Notes: generated by a model from the sequence alone, not told the origin. DNA of 61,465 nucleotides, filler included, from Sphacelaria rigidula (GCA_964200075.2; 6 parts of 6 records of this genome joined end to end with filler, not necessarily neighbours in it), one strand, 5' to 3'; counted from the whole stretch's first letter, positions 24,801 through 38,110 are shown. Made by a program: numbers and translations.

Positions 24801-27800
24801 GGTGCTGCGGGATATTTAGAGACGCTGTATGAATGAGATATTTCGAAATTTGATTTTTTACGCCAGGTATACGGTGTTCCACGAGGCGGTGTCATCGAAG
24901 GACGCCTTTCATACAGCCTCTCGAATGGCACCGCCTCGTGGGACCCCCGATATCTGACGTAAAAAAATCCGAAAGACCCCATTCATACAGCCTCTAAATA
25001 TCTCAGAGCACCCGCGTGCAAATTTTCAGGGTCTAAAACTCGAAAAAACGGCGTGAGCTTTGGCTGTGGAGTAAATTCCGGTCGTTTCACCTGAACCAGC
25101 CTCTACGCGTAATACCACGACCGCTCTCAGTCCCCCTGGCTGGTGCACATAATCGTGTAGAAAAATTTCTAGGGGGTGGATATCATGCAGCACATGATTA
25201 ACGGCAGAAGGATGCAGCACAGACGAGTATATCTGTGACCGATCGCAAAAAAAAAAAACGCACAGAGTAGCTAATGGTGCGTTTCCACATGGGATAATCA
25301 TCTTGCTTGGAGAAAGCAATGCAGAGGTACGTTGGTTGTGTGATAGACGACCGAGTAGTAAGGCTGCGCCGTACATCACAAGGACAGCCGTCATAGCCAA
25401 CTTCTGCACATTGCCGCATTTCGAAAGCACGATATGGCCCCATCTCTGGTGTTCTGCTACCAATCGGTGCCATGCCAATGGTGATATTCGTGTAAGATAG
25501 GTACAGCAGATCAATTGCAGGAGAGGTGAGCGCTCACGTTGTGTTGTGCACGTCGTGTCTTGGACTGCTTTCCTACACAGACACTTTGTGCTTTGTCGAG
25601 GTTTTGGGGCAAATTTCATGTGTAGATACTCGTATATACGTATGCTTCTTCCTGCGGCAGTAATAGGAAGTAACCGTGGACCATCGCCTTTTCACGTATA
25701 CCCCTCGTAACACGGCCCCGGGGCTGTTTAACCGCGTTGCGCAATCGCATGAAACACGGCGATGCGAGCTGAGCACAGCTTGTTATAGGTGATCCACACT
25801 AGGCACGACTCTTGAACGAGTCCGAAACGAGAGGATAGCGCGATCATCATGCATGACAAGTACGCCTGCCCAGCAGCCGCGAGAAAGTACAGGACAGTGC
25901 AGAACACGCAGCAGGTTGTTTAACGCAGTTCTGCCTGACGTCGGGACGGTCAGGGGTGGGCTCTGCCACATGTGAATCCTGCAACGTTCCCTCGCCGTAC
26001 CGGCTTGTCGTACCGTCAGCGGTATATTGAGGGACATGAAATCAGTCATGGCTATTCCATGTTCGGTGGATAGCCCTGCATAGTTGGCCCTGCGCAACGT
26101 ACAAATAGTCCTAGACGCGACGCAACGCACCCTTTCAGTTCGACTCTGGGTCCTGGGCAAAACGACTGAAGGTGATCTGTTGAGCCGTGACACTTTTGAT
26201 ATCTAGCGTGATGTACGATGGACCTGATGTAAGCGTGTGACGATCCGATGTCAGCAGTTGTTCGAGGTACTATACAACACAACGGTGGTTGCTGTAGTAC
26301 AGTACTACTGTCCTGAATAGAGAGAAGATAAGGCGGGAAACGTGTTGGAACAGGCTGGATGCCGTACCAGGTCTGGAACCGGATAACTTGGGGGTTCAAC
26401 CGATCAACACAGGTGATACCCTGCGCTGTACTGTCTGTGTACCTCAACGCTGTCGTTTATGCACCACACAAATGCACAATGTCACGCTGAGTACGACGTA
26501 CATTGCTGAACCCACCATACAAATAAAGACAGAATGTGCAGCACAGAGCTAATACTTATTCTTATTCGGGAAGTCAGCTGAGGATAGCTACGGTGTCAGT
26601 GATGAATGAAATAACCATTTCCCTACAACAACAGTGCATCGAGGCCTTGATTTCAAAGAATAAACTGTGGAAACTCAAGATCGGTCCAGGCTTGACAAGG
26701 AACTTGGGGCCTCCGAGGGAAAGGCCTGTGATTTTTTTTCACCATCTTCCTATCCTTCACTACTCCGGCGCTAGGGATGCCGAAGCTTGCATCGGTGGAA
26801 AGCTCTCGTTATAATCAATCTATCCATTCATGAACTGTTTTACCGGAGCAGGGTCTTTCCTCTCCTGAGAAAGTAAAAAACTTACCTAACGGTATCACCA
26901 GGGAGGGGGGGTGTTATACACCATGAACTAAGGAACTTGGGAGCCGTTCTGCGCTTGTGGAGGGAGATAACAGTGCGACGTGACAGTGTTGTCGTCGCGA
27001 CTTCCTTACAAAGACAAGTCCAACTACGAAGATATATGAAGCATCGGAAAAATCAGAACGAGGTATATTCGACGAAACAGCTCTTTGAGAGGGGAGGTAG
27101 TCGAATGGGTAGGTATCAATCACTTTTGGGGGTGTTATACACCGAAATCATGCTCAACACACGAAGCATCGGAACACCCCCGACATCCCGTCAAGCATCG
27201 GAACACCCCCGACATCCCGACAGCAGCGATTTACACCCCGACCATGAGACGGTACTCATTGCGCCCATTGCAGTCCAGATCTGCGTGCTAATCGTTCCGT
27301 GAATCCTTGGATATTTTTTCCGCCGCCTTGTTGACTAATTCGCCGCAAGGGTACAACAGTAAGTCACGGTGAATAATACCCATCGCCGGTGACGGTTTTG
27401 AAGTTCGCTTCTTCGAAGTCTGCGGAGAGCAGCCGATAAACTTTGCGTCGGTGGCCCGTTCTCATCGAGCATTTTTCGAGAGATATGATTTTTGTGGGGC
27501 GTGGATTCTTGATCAATCGGAAAACCGAGGCTTGAAAGGATTGTCACCAGGGGGTATTGTACCCCTTAGCCACAAGAAGACTCCAGAATTTTGTACCGTA
27601 TATCTTGAAAATGTCTGGTCGAATTATACTGCTGTAAACACGGACCAGCTGCACGTACCGGTGGACTGACTGTACGGTGCGACACTGCAGACAGGACAAT
27701 CAGTACAGACGTAATGCACCTAGACGACAATACACCCAAGGTAGCAGACAACGAATAAAACCTTACCTACATGGGCGGACACCGTCTCCGTCGCATTTTC

Positions 27801-27960
27801 TCCGTCTTTTGGTACAAAAGTCGCATGCACTTCGAAGGCGCACTGGTCTTGTCGTTGATGGACTTGTCTTTCTGCCAGGTACTGGCTCACCAGAACTTGA
27901 CAATTCTGCTGTTCGCCCTGAATCTGGACCATCAAGAGGCTTAGCACCCTCTATATCCAT
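20816..27960 (-). CDS. Zn(II)2Cys6 (GAL4-type) transcription factor, 5' part (exon 1 27767-27960, exon 2 20816-21094; the rest is off the scaffold)
   Basis: Splicing TGTAG|gtaagg to ggcaag|TCTC (phase 2) reconstitutes ACDFCTKRRRKCDGDGVRPCSLCKAKNRPSCHYS = C-x2-C-x6-C-x7-C-x2-C-x7-C. Exon 2 ends AAGAG|gtacag. Confidence 0.88.
23211..23771 (+). mobile_element. C-tract-terminated dispersed repeat (family A), long copy
   Basis: Aligns by eye with 54342-54918, 53860-54252, 61130-61465, 50185-50340 and inverted 53414-53516. Confidence 0.8.
23820..24215. repeat. Degenerate tandem repeats (TACCCGACAGTTCTGTGAGTTCTGTAAGCCTCC and related units)
   Basis: Units recur at about 23903, 23945, 24060 and 24106. 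Confidence 0.65.
24345..24776. mobile_element. PIF/Harbinger-like foldback element, partial copy
   Basis: Homologous to 37615-38095; the right end is CCGGCC|TTA. Confidence 0.7.
24780..25033. mobile_element. MITE with ~55-bp imperfect TIRs, abutting the previous element
   Basis: ACCCTGAAAGTATGCAC...CTGTATGAATG vs CATTCATACAG...GTGCAAATTTTCAGGGT, with TTA/TAA flanks. Confidence 0.65.
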
Positions 27961-28416
27961 CCTTTAGTGGTATTCTTTAGGTATTCGCAATGCAGGTGTG
28001 GGTTGTGTAAGTTTGGCGGTCGTCGTTGCGGACGGTGTGATGTGTAAAAAACTGGCTTCAAAGAAAATCCGGATCGGTGCGTGGTCGCGGGTACTGATAA
28101 AGTATATCTGACACGAATGTGGATATTTGGGTCATGACAACTTTCTGTGGAGTACACTATGTCCGCGAAAAGCGCATCGATAGGTAGGGCAAGAACCAAG
28201 GAGCAATTGAACTGCAGTCGGTACGGTACCACCGTGCTGTACGTTGCAGTATAGTGTAATACAGTGAAGCCTAATCTGCAGTAAACGAAAGTGCTCGAGA
28301 AGGGTAGTTGCCCAGTGGTAGTATATCGCATTTTTTTCGTTCAGCTGCTGTGAACAGCCCCGGCTGGTTGATCTAGGCCTGGCGCTTGTTTCGGCTGGGT
28401 CGGTGGAGAAGGAAAT
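27961..28416. promoter_or_regulatory. Putative bidirectional promoter and 5' UTR region
   Basis: 456 bp between divergent ATGs at 27960 (-) and 28417 (+), with no recognised repeats. Confidence 0.55.
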
Positions 28417-28542
28417 ATGGACTTGCAAGGCGCCGGGCCCACGTTTGAAGACCTTTCAATAGACGATGAACTCACGCAGCTAGAGAGGGTTGTTCGATAC
28501 AGCGGGAGCTCGATAGCACTGCAGCGATTGGTGCATGTCAAG
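28417..28542 (+). CDS. First exon of a protein phosphatase 4 regulatory subunit-like HEAT-repeat protein (PP4R1-like)
   Basis: MDLQGAGPTFEDLSIDDELTQLERVVRYSGSSIALQRLVHVK followed by an AAG|gtaacg donor. It resembles, from recall, the PP4R1 N-terminal DE.LT.L.R..KY..S....R motif. Too short for the ORF track. Confidence 0.65.
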
Positions 28543-30824
28543 GTAACGTTTACGTCGTGATGTAGAGATACGTGTCTTGTTAGTTTCGCGTGGTGTATTC
28601 GTGTAATATGTTTGTCGTCTTCTTGGATGTGTTGTAGCGAGATGGACCTGTCCAGTCACAGGCAAAGTGCGACTTGCAGAATTACTTGAAAAATGTAAAG
28701 AACGGTTCATTTACGTTGCTGCTGATGACATTGCATTTCTCCACCCCCTCAACTGTTCCTAATCTCCAATAAGCCAATCGGGGCGCAACACACGCCGCAA
28801 ATTCACAAGGGGTGAACATGAACGACATTACCGGCAACGCGCCTACCCTTCTGGGTCCATGGTACATCCGTTGTGGAGGCCTACATATATCGTATTCATT
28901 GTATTGATGGTGCTTGCTCCTTGTTTGCAGCAGCATGGCAGCTGCGAAGGAATAATGAAGGAGCACAGCACGGAAGGTCGTTTCAACGTTGGTGCGGACC
29001 GTGTTTGTCTGCACTATCACCATCACAGACAACAACAGTACATGTCGCATCTCCTCTGTGGTCCGTTACAGTCGGCACGTTGTAGTACAGCAGACGGTCT
29101 GCATCGTCAACTTCACTCAAACGTACTGATCTTTGCAGACTGCACTGTTTGTGCCGTGCTACAGCCAGTTTGGTTGCACTGTTCCGCTCAGAGGCTATCC
29201 TGAAAGCACAAGACCTGTTTCCGGAAATGTGATTCTCCTTGCAGTACCTTACGTCGAAAACTCCGCCCTGTGTTACACGGCACATACGTGAGTCATACTA
29301 CAGAACACCTTGGTGCGCTTGTTGTGCCGGCTCCACCGACTACCCACCCTGTAGTGGATTCCGCACGCTTGAGTTTCGTAGCTGCGGTTTAGAAATGCAC
29401 ACGAGAAAGTCTCGTACGAACGGTACCGACACACCCCGAAGTGTCTACCCAAGCGTAACGGTCAACCCCACACTCGCCACTCTGGAGGAATCAAGCATGT
29501 ACAGTGGTATCTTCTCTGTACTGTACAGGAAAATACAGTAGCACCACGCGACGATTGAAAGTTGGGAGTTCCACATTTCGTACCTAGTCTGCACCCTCCC
29601 CCCCCTCCCCTGCGCAAGCGTCATGGAGCATCACCCTCTGCGCAAGTGACATTCCGGCACTTGCATCAGCGTGTATTGTGTATCGATTGCTATATATCTT
29701 CCACGCAGATGTAGGTGGTTGCAGGTGCGCTGAGTTGTGCTGCACAACTCTTTACATGGTCTGGCGCATAAGAACTTGTCGTACGAACAAGAGTCGTACT
29801 ATAATACAGACATAGCAAACACGTGCCGTGCGAGCGGGCCACATGACGTCATGATGAACTATTTATAGTGCTGAACTGCACTATGGCAGGTGATGGATAT
29901 GTGTGTGTGTGTTGTCGTATCATCTATCTGGACGCCAGTCCACATCTTTCAGCATAGGTGGGCGCATCAGCCGGGGTCACACAGGAGGAAGGTCAACACG
30001 GATTTTTTTTGTTTGTTTAGCACTCCACCTCGCGTCTGCGGTGCTTGCTATATTTTTCTAGATAGATCACGCACCAAATTTGAACTAAGGTCCAACTCGA
30101 CATTTCGTGAGGAAGGGGTTACTGGGCTGTCTGCTATTGCTTGCATTATACTTGAGCATACATGAAAGCTCAACACGGAAAGTTGGAGCCTAGTTCATGT
30201 TCCACAAGTGCTCATGAGAAGACAGGAACACATGCCTCTAGCTGCACGACCGTCTACTTGAATCCTCGAGGAAACATCCCAGCTTCAACAGTACAACTAC
30301 TACAGTCACAACCGCGCAGCTTGCGTGGTTTGCTCTCGACACGCGAATGACCTGAACATTTATTTTCTATTTACCCTTTTGGAACCCTCCCCTGCTGTCC
30401 CCGGGCCAAACGCCTCATTATGAGAAGCCCTGACAAAGAGGAAAAGATAAAAGCAGAAAAGGCCGACGGCAACCATTTTATAATGGAAGAACGAAAAAAA
30501 TCCAGTAGCACACGCGGCGGCTGCAGGAAAAATGTATTTCCTGGAGGGGTCGGGTGAGGGCGTGTCTTAGCACTTTTTTTTCGATCGAAAAAACGAGCGG
30601 TGGAATTAAGTGTGTGCGTTGTGTTGTCCCGTTTATTCTGGGCGCCAGTCTACCCTTTTCGGGATATGTGGGCGCCTCAGCCGGGGNNNNNNNNNNNNNN
30701 NNNNNNNNNNNNNNNNNNNNNNNNNNNNNNTTAATTAATTAANNNNNNNNNNNNNNNNNNNNNNNNNNNNNNNNNNNNNNNNNNNNGGTCCATTTGTGAG
30801 TCGGCATCAGTTTCAGCGTCTTCA

Positions 30825-31301
30825 GGCCGGAAGTTATGGTACACAGATTTTTGGCCCACGGATTGTTCACTTTTGGGACGTTTGACCCACTTTCTGACCC
30901 CCAAATAGGGAAAATCGCAAGCACACGTCTCGGACACTTCGCATCACCCCACAGGGCGGAACCTAGTCTACTTTTCAGATTCGCTTGGCTCCGACGTTTG
31001 GAGATCGGCCGCTGAACAAAAATTCGTGTGCAAAAGCCTGTGCTTGCCGACCCCCGCCAGTTTGCCCAATAATCTGTGGAGATTGCCGTAGATTTTATTG
31101 CGCACGGATTATCGTTCAGCGATCACTCTCGAAACCTTGGAGCCAAGCGAATCCGAATAGTGGGCTAGGCTCTTCTCTGTGGGTTGATGCAAAGTGTCCA
31201 AGACGTTTCGATTTTCCCTGTTCGGGGGTCAAAAAGTGGCTCAAACGTCCTAGAAGCGAACAATCCGTGGGCCAAAAATCTGTGTGCCACAAAATCTGGC
31301 C
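30825..31301. mobile_element. PIF/Harbinger-like foldback element
   Basis: TCA|GGCCGGAAGTTATGG ... AAATCTGGCC|TCA, with long imperfect inverted arms and a 3-bp TCA duplication. Confidence 0.8.
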
Positions 31302-34300
31302 TCACCGGCAGAAGTTGCAGTAGGCCGGCCTATACTTGACGCAGTACTTTTGGTGTCTATTGCATCTATTGATCGTATGTTGTCCAAGTTGTGGTCGTTT
31401 TCGAGTGGAAAATATGCCGATGGGCCCTTCACGTTACACGTTCACGTTTCACGTCACAAGTTAAGCCAGGCTAGTACTACGGCGGGGGACGGGGACCACG
31501 TCGGGAGCTCTTGTCAAAAGATTGGTCAAATCAGGGCTTCCCACGTGGTCCCCCACCGTATTACTAGCCTAGCCTAACTTTCGACGTACGAATTTAAATA
31601 TGAACGTGTAACGTGTAGGACCCTGGGAAATATGTAGATGGGCCCTCGCTCCCCGTTTTCCACTCCGGCCTCAAAGGGGTTGTGTTTTGGGATACTTGAA
31701 GAATCGGAAGAGGGGAGACACAAGACGTGGTCATTCTCGTGGATGTGATGCACGCACCGCCCTCCTCCCCGAACATAATGACACGGGTGTCATCTACCGT
31801 TTTGGCCTGTTACGCACGAAAGGGCGATGCACCCAATTACACGAAAGCATCGATATAACTTGTAATAATGCAAGTTTAATTCCCCGACCCCCCGTTTCTC
31901 CCCAGGCAGGCATGAAATCGCCCTGTCCCCTCCTCAAACATGGGTGTTATCTACCGTTTTTGCTAGTTACGTACGCATTTACACAAGCATGGCGATGTCC
32001 CTGGACACGGGGGAGGTAACGTCAGAACATAGTCACCATTCAATGACCTTCTGTGTGCGTACAGGTGTATTTATTGTGATATTATCAAGTACCCCCATAT
32101 CCCACCGCACATACCCCTACTTGTTGCGCCGCACGTTACCTGTAGCTGATGTGGAGCGACCAGCTGTGTTGTGACAATTCTTGTTGACTCACCCCACCTC
32201 GAGCAGGTCAGACTACAAATCCCACATTAGTGAAGGGTGGAAGGGCTCTCGACGCCTTGTCCCTCACGGAAGGTTTGGGACTTCCGATGTTTCGTTTCTT
32301 TATCGATCCGCGAGCTTTCTAGTGTCGACAGTCGTATTTTTTTGTACAGCACTCTGAAATTCGCAGTCAAGCAGCTTACCGCGCGCCAGAGAGTGTTGTC
32401 TCCGCTACGCCTTCTTCTCGTCGCGTTCGTCTCGCCTCCCCCTTATCGAGCCCACCAGCTAGGAACCTCACATATCATGAACCCTACATGCCGGATTCGA
32501 GATATATTCACGGATACCTACGAGTACGAGTACGAGTTTCAGTACCGAATCCAAGGAGGGTGGACAAGAAACGCATGAAAGTTTGCGCGAACTGAATTGG
32601 TGGGCAACCGTCATGTTTGAAACACGATCTATTTTTGTTTCAGTCTGAAAAACCCTAAAAATAAAAAGACTTACTGAACCTGCACGTAACCCCCAATCCA
32701 AGGCATACCTGAGAACCCTCGACAGGTGAGGGGTATGCGTCACACGGTGTTCTAGGATGGGCAAAGTGTGCGTTTGCCAGAGCTCAAATAGTCGGCGCCT
32801 TCGCGTAATAGAAGCCGTTTTGACGAAGGCAAATTCGGGAGAAGTAAGGAGCTTGTCACCTTGTTCGAAATGTATTCTGCATTTCCCCCTCTCCCCCCAT
32901 GCAGTATTTTACCCTGGTTTGGCAGCAGGTGTTGTCAGGCTTCCTTGCCGAAATGATGGAGATGTCGAGATGTCAGGAAAGATGAATGGCAGACAAAATG
33001 TTGGGTGAAGGACACCCTCCGTAGCAGTACGCGGTACTCGTAAAAGGTCTAATTCTAGTAGGCTTTACCCTAATTCGCTTCCCAAATTATTCGGGATTGA
33101 TATTACTTTGGCCCGATAGCCCCCTCCCCCCCCCCCCTGAACAGTGGCTAGTTTGAGGAGGCAAAATCTTGCTGTAAATCAAAATGACCAAAGTCGAGCA
33201 TACCAAGCAGCAAGCAACCCCAATCCTTGAGATCGTTTTCGCCAATGTCGCCCATATGAAACGCTTCATGCTGTCTGAAACCAGCTAACATGCGCTTCAT
33301 GACCACTCTTTTCCTCACTGTTTTGGGGCTGTTGTGGGTGGAAGGGGGGGGGGGGAGTATCGCGGTATCACATTTCATTTGAAGGTTCAAACATCAATAT
33401 TCGGGTTTTTGAGAGCCAACAGGCGAACTAGTCTAAACAAACCCATCTCTCGACCTCACTGCACCCCACACAGACAACATAAACACGAATATAGTGTACG
33501 ACAGGATATTCTGTACCCTACAGCTTCACTTCAAGGCCTTCACCGACTGTACCCCTGGTGAGACGTCAAAACGGACAGGCTTTGGGAGAGGGACCCTGTA
33601 CAAAGATCCAGGATTGTTTTCTGCGAGATTTTTACTGGACTTGTGTCGGGTGTGAAACGACAGATCCACATCTTCATGAGGTTAACCCAATTACACCGTA
33701 ACGCTTTACCCTTACAGCTGTTTGCCACGACGAAGGCAGACGGTGAACCCTCGAGCAACGGGGGTCTGCTATGATTTCCTAGGCCTAGTAAGCGTTGTTT
33801 TAGCTGAAGTCGGCGCCTCTCTGCGATGCGCGATGGCACAAAAGTGCCCCCTGCATCCGAGGAAAGCGGATGGAGTGACAACATATCCTGTGGGGAGGAG
33901 GTCCGGATCTTCTTTTTGCACCCTCACGTGGCGGGAAGACTTGAAGTTAGTTTACAACTTGGTAGTAGAGGAAAATTCCCGGAAATTCATGGTTTTGAAC
34001 GACTCTAAAACAAAAAATGGTTGACTCATTAATTTTGGACTGAACACCGATGTTTGTATCTTTCGGGGGCGAATCGTCCCCAGTGCTCTAAGTTTGCCAT
34101 TGTTTTCTTCCTACTCTTGTCTAATGCACCAAATTATTTCATGGGGGGAGGGGGGACGTACTCAGTTGTTGCTTGCCTTGGTGTAGTGACTATTGACCAC
34201 GCATCCCTTTCGCGACGGAGCACATGGGGGGGGGGGGGGGGGGTTTGGAAATATTTTTTGCGGGGGAAGAAACAACCCCCGCCCAGAAAAATTCCGTTGT

Positions 34301-34789
34301 CATTNNNNNNNNNNGTTTTTTTTTGGTTGTTTTTTTTTTTTTTGTTGTTTGATTTTGCTTTTTGGGGTGGTATAGTCGTTGGGGGTTGGGTGGGGGGGGT
34401 ATTGAAATATTTGTTGCAGGCGGAGAAACAACGCCTGCGCAGAAAAATTCCGTTGTCATTCACACAGGCCGTGGTTATCACGCTTATTCTGCCCCACACT
34501 GATATCCGCACATGAGCCACAAGCAGCAGCATACTGCCGTTCCAGTACGGCATAACATATATGGGTGACCCCTCCACACGCAAAGGCACGGGAGGTTCTT
34601 ATTCTGATCCTATCCCCAACCCCAACCCAAGGCATACCGAGAACCCTGGGGCCGACGGGGGGTGCACGGTATTGCCCATGAGAAGTACGGTGTCGGCAGA
34701 CCTTAAATCGGCGCCTCCCTGTGCCGCCGATTTTGACGGAAAAGAGTTCTACGCACGCTTCGGGACTGTAAGCCTCATCTAAGCCTCAA

Positions 34790-35340
34790 CCCTTAGACCG
34801 CGAGGTTAGTCTTCTGTTGAATCGGCATCAATTCCAAGTAGGAAAAAAAAGTATGCATGATCCAGAAAGACCGATCTCGCGGTCTAAGGGTTAACCCGTA
34901 GACCTTGAGAGTAGTCCATTTGCATCATGCATACTTTTTTTAATTGAATACTGATGCCGATTCAGTAGGCGACCTACCCTCGCGGTCGAGGGGTTAACCC
35001 TTAGACCGCGAGGTTAGTCTTCTGTTGAATCGGCATCAATACCAACTGAGAAAAAAAGTATGCATGATCCAGAAAGACCGATCTCGCGGTCTAAGGGTTA
35101 ACCCTTGGACCGCGAGGTAAGTCTTTCTGGATCATGCATTAACCCTTAGACCGCGAGATCGGTCTTTCTGGATCATGCATACTTTTTTTCACTTGAAATT
35201 GATGCCGATTCAACAAAAGACTAACCTCGCGGTCTAAGGGTTAAACCGCGATGCGGGTAGTCCATCTGGAGCACGCATATTTTTCTCAAGTGAATGGTGA
35301 TGCCGATCCAGCAGGTGACCAACCCTCGGCGGTCAAAGGG
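34790..35340. mobile_element. Stack of about six piggyBac-like ~100-bp MITEs joined at TTAA
   Basis: Units 34790-34890, 34895-34993, 34998-35097, 35102-35138 (truncated), 35143-35240 and 35245-35340 (degenerate). TIR CCCTTAGACCGCGAG / CTCGCGGTCTAAGGG, with TTAA at every junction. Confidence 0.85.
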
Positions 35341-37117
35341 TCAAGATCTGAATTTCGGTATTCATACCCAAATCAAGTAAAATCAGTCTCCCCAAGGGTT
35401 GTTCCACCGTGCGATGATATCTACTGACCAGAGGTTCTCACGCCTCCTCCCTTCCTGAGTGAACTCTTTTCTGGTAAGGCGCGAAATAGTGTACGAAGAG
35501 GTCCCGAGAGCCCAATAGATAGCAGACCTGGCTGCCTACCTTCACCCCAAAATCACTCAGAGCCCTCCCAGATTCTCTTCCTGTTCAACACCAGAGGTTG
35601 AATACTCCTAGCTGCGGAATAACCCTTCGGCAACTAGGCACTGTTGCAGGACAGCGGGAGAGAAGTCGGCGACGCATTTACACCACCGGCGGCATACGAA
35701 CGTAGTCTTACCCGTGAGCATTGCCGACCGCCCAAACTCGCATCGGTAGGCGCTGGAGAAGTCGACATATTTCGGTCGCATTTCGTTGACATAGTGAATT
35801 GTCGTCGTCGTCGTCGTCTCCTGTTTCAGTAGTTTAGTGCTCTCGAGCCTAAAGTGGCTCCTTTTCTCTTCGAAGACATGCAGCAACATCCGAGCGAAAC
35901 GATGTGTCTACCGTACGAGACATGTGTATGTGTACCTCATGTCGCCGTTCACGAAGCTGGCGAAGTGCATCAGCCGGTGCATGCATCCAGTTTTGCGCCA
36001 CCCTGCAATCCTTGCTTCCATCTCTCCGATGATGGAATAACAGGCACCTGATCCAACCCTTTGACCCGCCAGGGTGGGATCATGTGTGCTGTTGAATCGG
36101 CATCAAGTTTTTTCTCTTGTCAGCAACGGGAGGGAAAGAGGAAGGTTGTTCCAAGTGCTGCAACCACTTGTCCGCCGGGGTGGGGTAGGGTGGGGTCATC
36201 CACGCCGTCGAAATTTGTATCCTTTTCATTTGAAAAACATGCGTGTAGCAGAGAGAGAGGGAGACCCACATCGATCGTCCACTATGGCAGCCAAGTGAGG
36301 GGTTGAATAATGTACCGTTTTGTGTGTGATTTTTTTTCTTTGTCTTTGCCCATGGTATTTACTGCTCCCTTCCTTCCTGTACGTGCTGCGCTGTGGCAGA
36401 TCCCCGTCGCCGTTACAAGCGGACGGTGCGGACATGCCGCCGCATCCTACCAAGCTGGGCGAAGCCTGTCCCACAAGGCGTCCGCAGTCGGCAGACAGGT
36501 GCAGAGGATGATATGCTACGAACGCGAAAGGTTTTTATTCGATCTTGTTGTAGAATGTGAAGGCAACATCAGAAGCTATTGTGGGGCGTGTTGTTGGATA
36601 GGATAACAACTAGCCGTGTATTTATTGTCCCGAAGTGACTGTCGCGATGATCCGATCTACAAACTCTACTCAAACGTCGGGCGGTGTTGGGTACAATCGT
36701 TATGCTCTACTGAAAGTACCCAAAATCTGAGTTTTTCCAAGTTCAATGCCACTATCTCGTACTCTATACCCAAAATTTGGATCGTACCTATATTAAAGTA
36801 CGATTTTTCAAAATAAAGTTCCCAAATGCACGAAATACCCCACCTACCCATCAATTCCGTCCAAAACTCCCGAATTCGCTATCAACTTCGACGAGTTTGA
36901 AATTGGGACTTCGTACTTACCACCCTCCTGCGCTGAGGGGTATAGTCGTGAAGTTGGGTGTTCCATTGCAAGCGTGAGAAGTTGTCGCATGGGAGATGAA
37001 GATGTACCCAATCGCGGTGGGTCGTAAAATGCCGAGGTACAGTCAGTAAGCTGGATTACCGCCGCGAATCGGGAGCGTTTTCATCATGTCATATTTTGAC
37101 CTCATCCGTACCCCTCA

Positions 37118-37606
37118 GACCAGCTCTAATGAGAGCCGTTCGAAAATCCTCTCTTTTTGTTGAAAAATGCGTTTTGGGGGCCCTTCTCCGTCGTTTTGGG
37201 CCCTAAAGGAGGGCCAGGCGGATGTTTGCACCTCGGAAAGCCTTGCTCTACTCGTCGAGACCGTCCCAGGGTAACTTTGCATTTCCTGCTGGCCGTAGTT
37301 TTATTTTTAGCCAAACTCGCATTTTCAATAAACAACGGTAGGTAAAGTGATGAAAAAACGAGTGGAAAACTGCCAGAATTTTGATCACCTAGCGGTTTCT
37401 TTTACTGAAGATGCAAATTTCACCAAGAACAAAACTGCCCGCGGCCAGCGGGCTGTCCTGGGACGGTCTCGACGAGTGGAACAAGTCATTCCAAGGTGTC
37501 AACATCCGCCTATTAAGTACCTCTCTGCTCGGGCGTTGAATGATGGACAAGGGCCCAAAAGGCAGTTTTCGGCAGAATTTCTGAACGGCTCCCATTAGAG
37601 TTGGCC
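37118..37606. mobile_element. PIF/Harbinger-like MITE
   Basis: TIR GACCAGCTCTAATGAGAGCCGTTCGAAAAT vs ATTTCTGAACGGCTCCCATTAGAGTTGGCC, with TCA/TGA flanks. Confidence 0.7.
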
Positions 37607-37614
37607 TGAAGTCA

Positions 37615-38095
37615 GGCCGGATGTTATGGCAGACAGATTTTTGGCCCACGGATTGTTTACTTTTGGGGCGTTTGAGCCACTTTTTTATCCTCATACAGGG
37701 AAAATCACCAACACAAGTCTCGGACACTTTCCATCACCCACAGCAAAGAGACTAGCCCACTTTTCAAATTCGCTTGGCTCCGAGGTGACGAGAGTGTCCG
37801 CTGAACAATAATCCGTGTGCAATAAAATCTGCGGCGATTTCCACAGATTTTTGGGCAAACTGCCGCATGTCGGTAAGCACAGATTCTTGTACACGAATTA
37901 TTGTTCAGCGGCCAATCTCGACACCTCGGAGCCAAGCGAATCTGAAAAGTAGGCCAGGCTCTTCCTTGTGCGGTGAATCAAAGTGTCCCAGGCGTGTGTT
38001 GGCGATTTTCCCTGTTTGGAGGTCAAAAAGTGGGTCAAACGTCCCAAAAGTGAATAATCCGTGGGCCAAAACTCTGTCTGCCATAACACCCGGCC
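37615..38095. mobile_element. PIF/Harbinger-like foldback element (481 bp)
   Basis: TCA|GGCCGGATGTTATGGCAGACAGA ... TCTGTCTGCCATAACACCCGGCC|TCA. Confidence 0.85.
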
Positions 38096-38110
38096 TCAGA
38101 CCGTTTTTTT

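Noticed and set aside
34790..35340. CRISPR-like repeat-spacer appearance
   Set aside because: The repeats are inverted TIR pairs, the interiors are homologous to each other, there are no cas genes, and the context is eukaryotic.
32350..36498. Possible plus-strand exons (about 32350, 33717, 35650, 36400) and a minus-strand exon near 35937-36047
   Set aside because: Splice signals are plausible, but there is no recognisable protein and no consistent phase chain, so a gene call is not supported.
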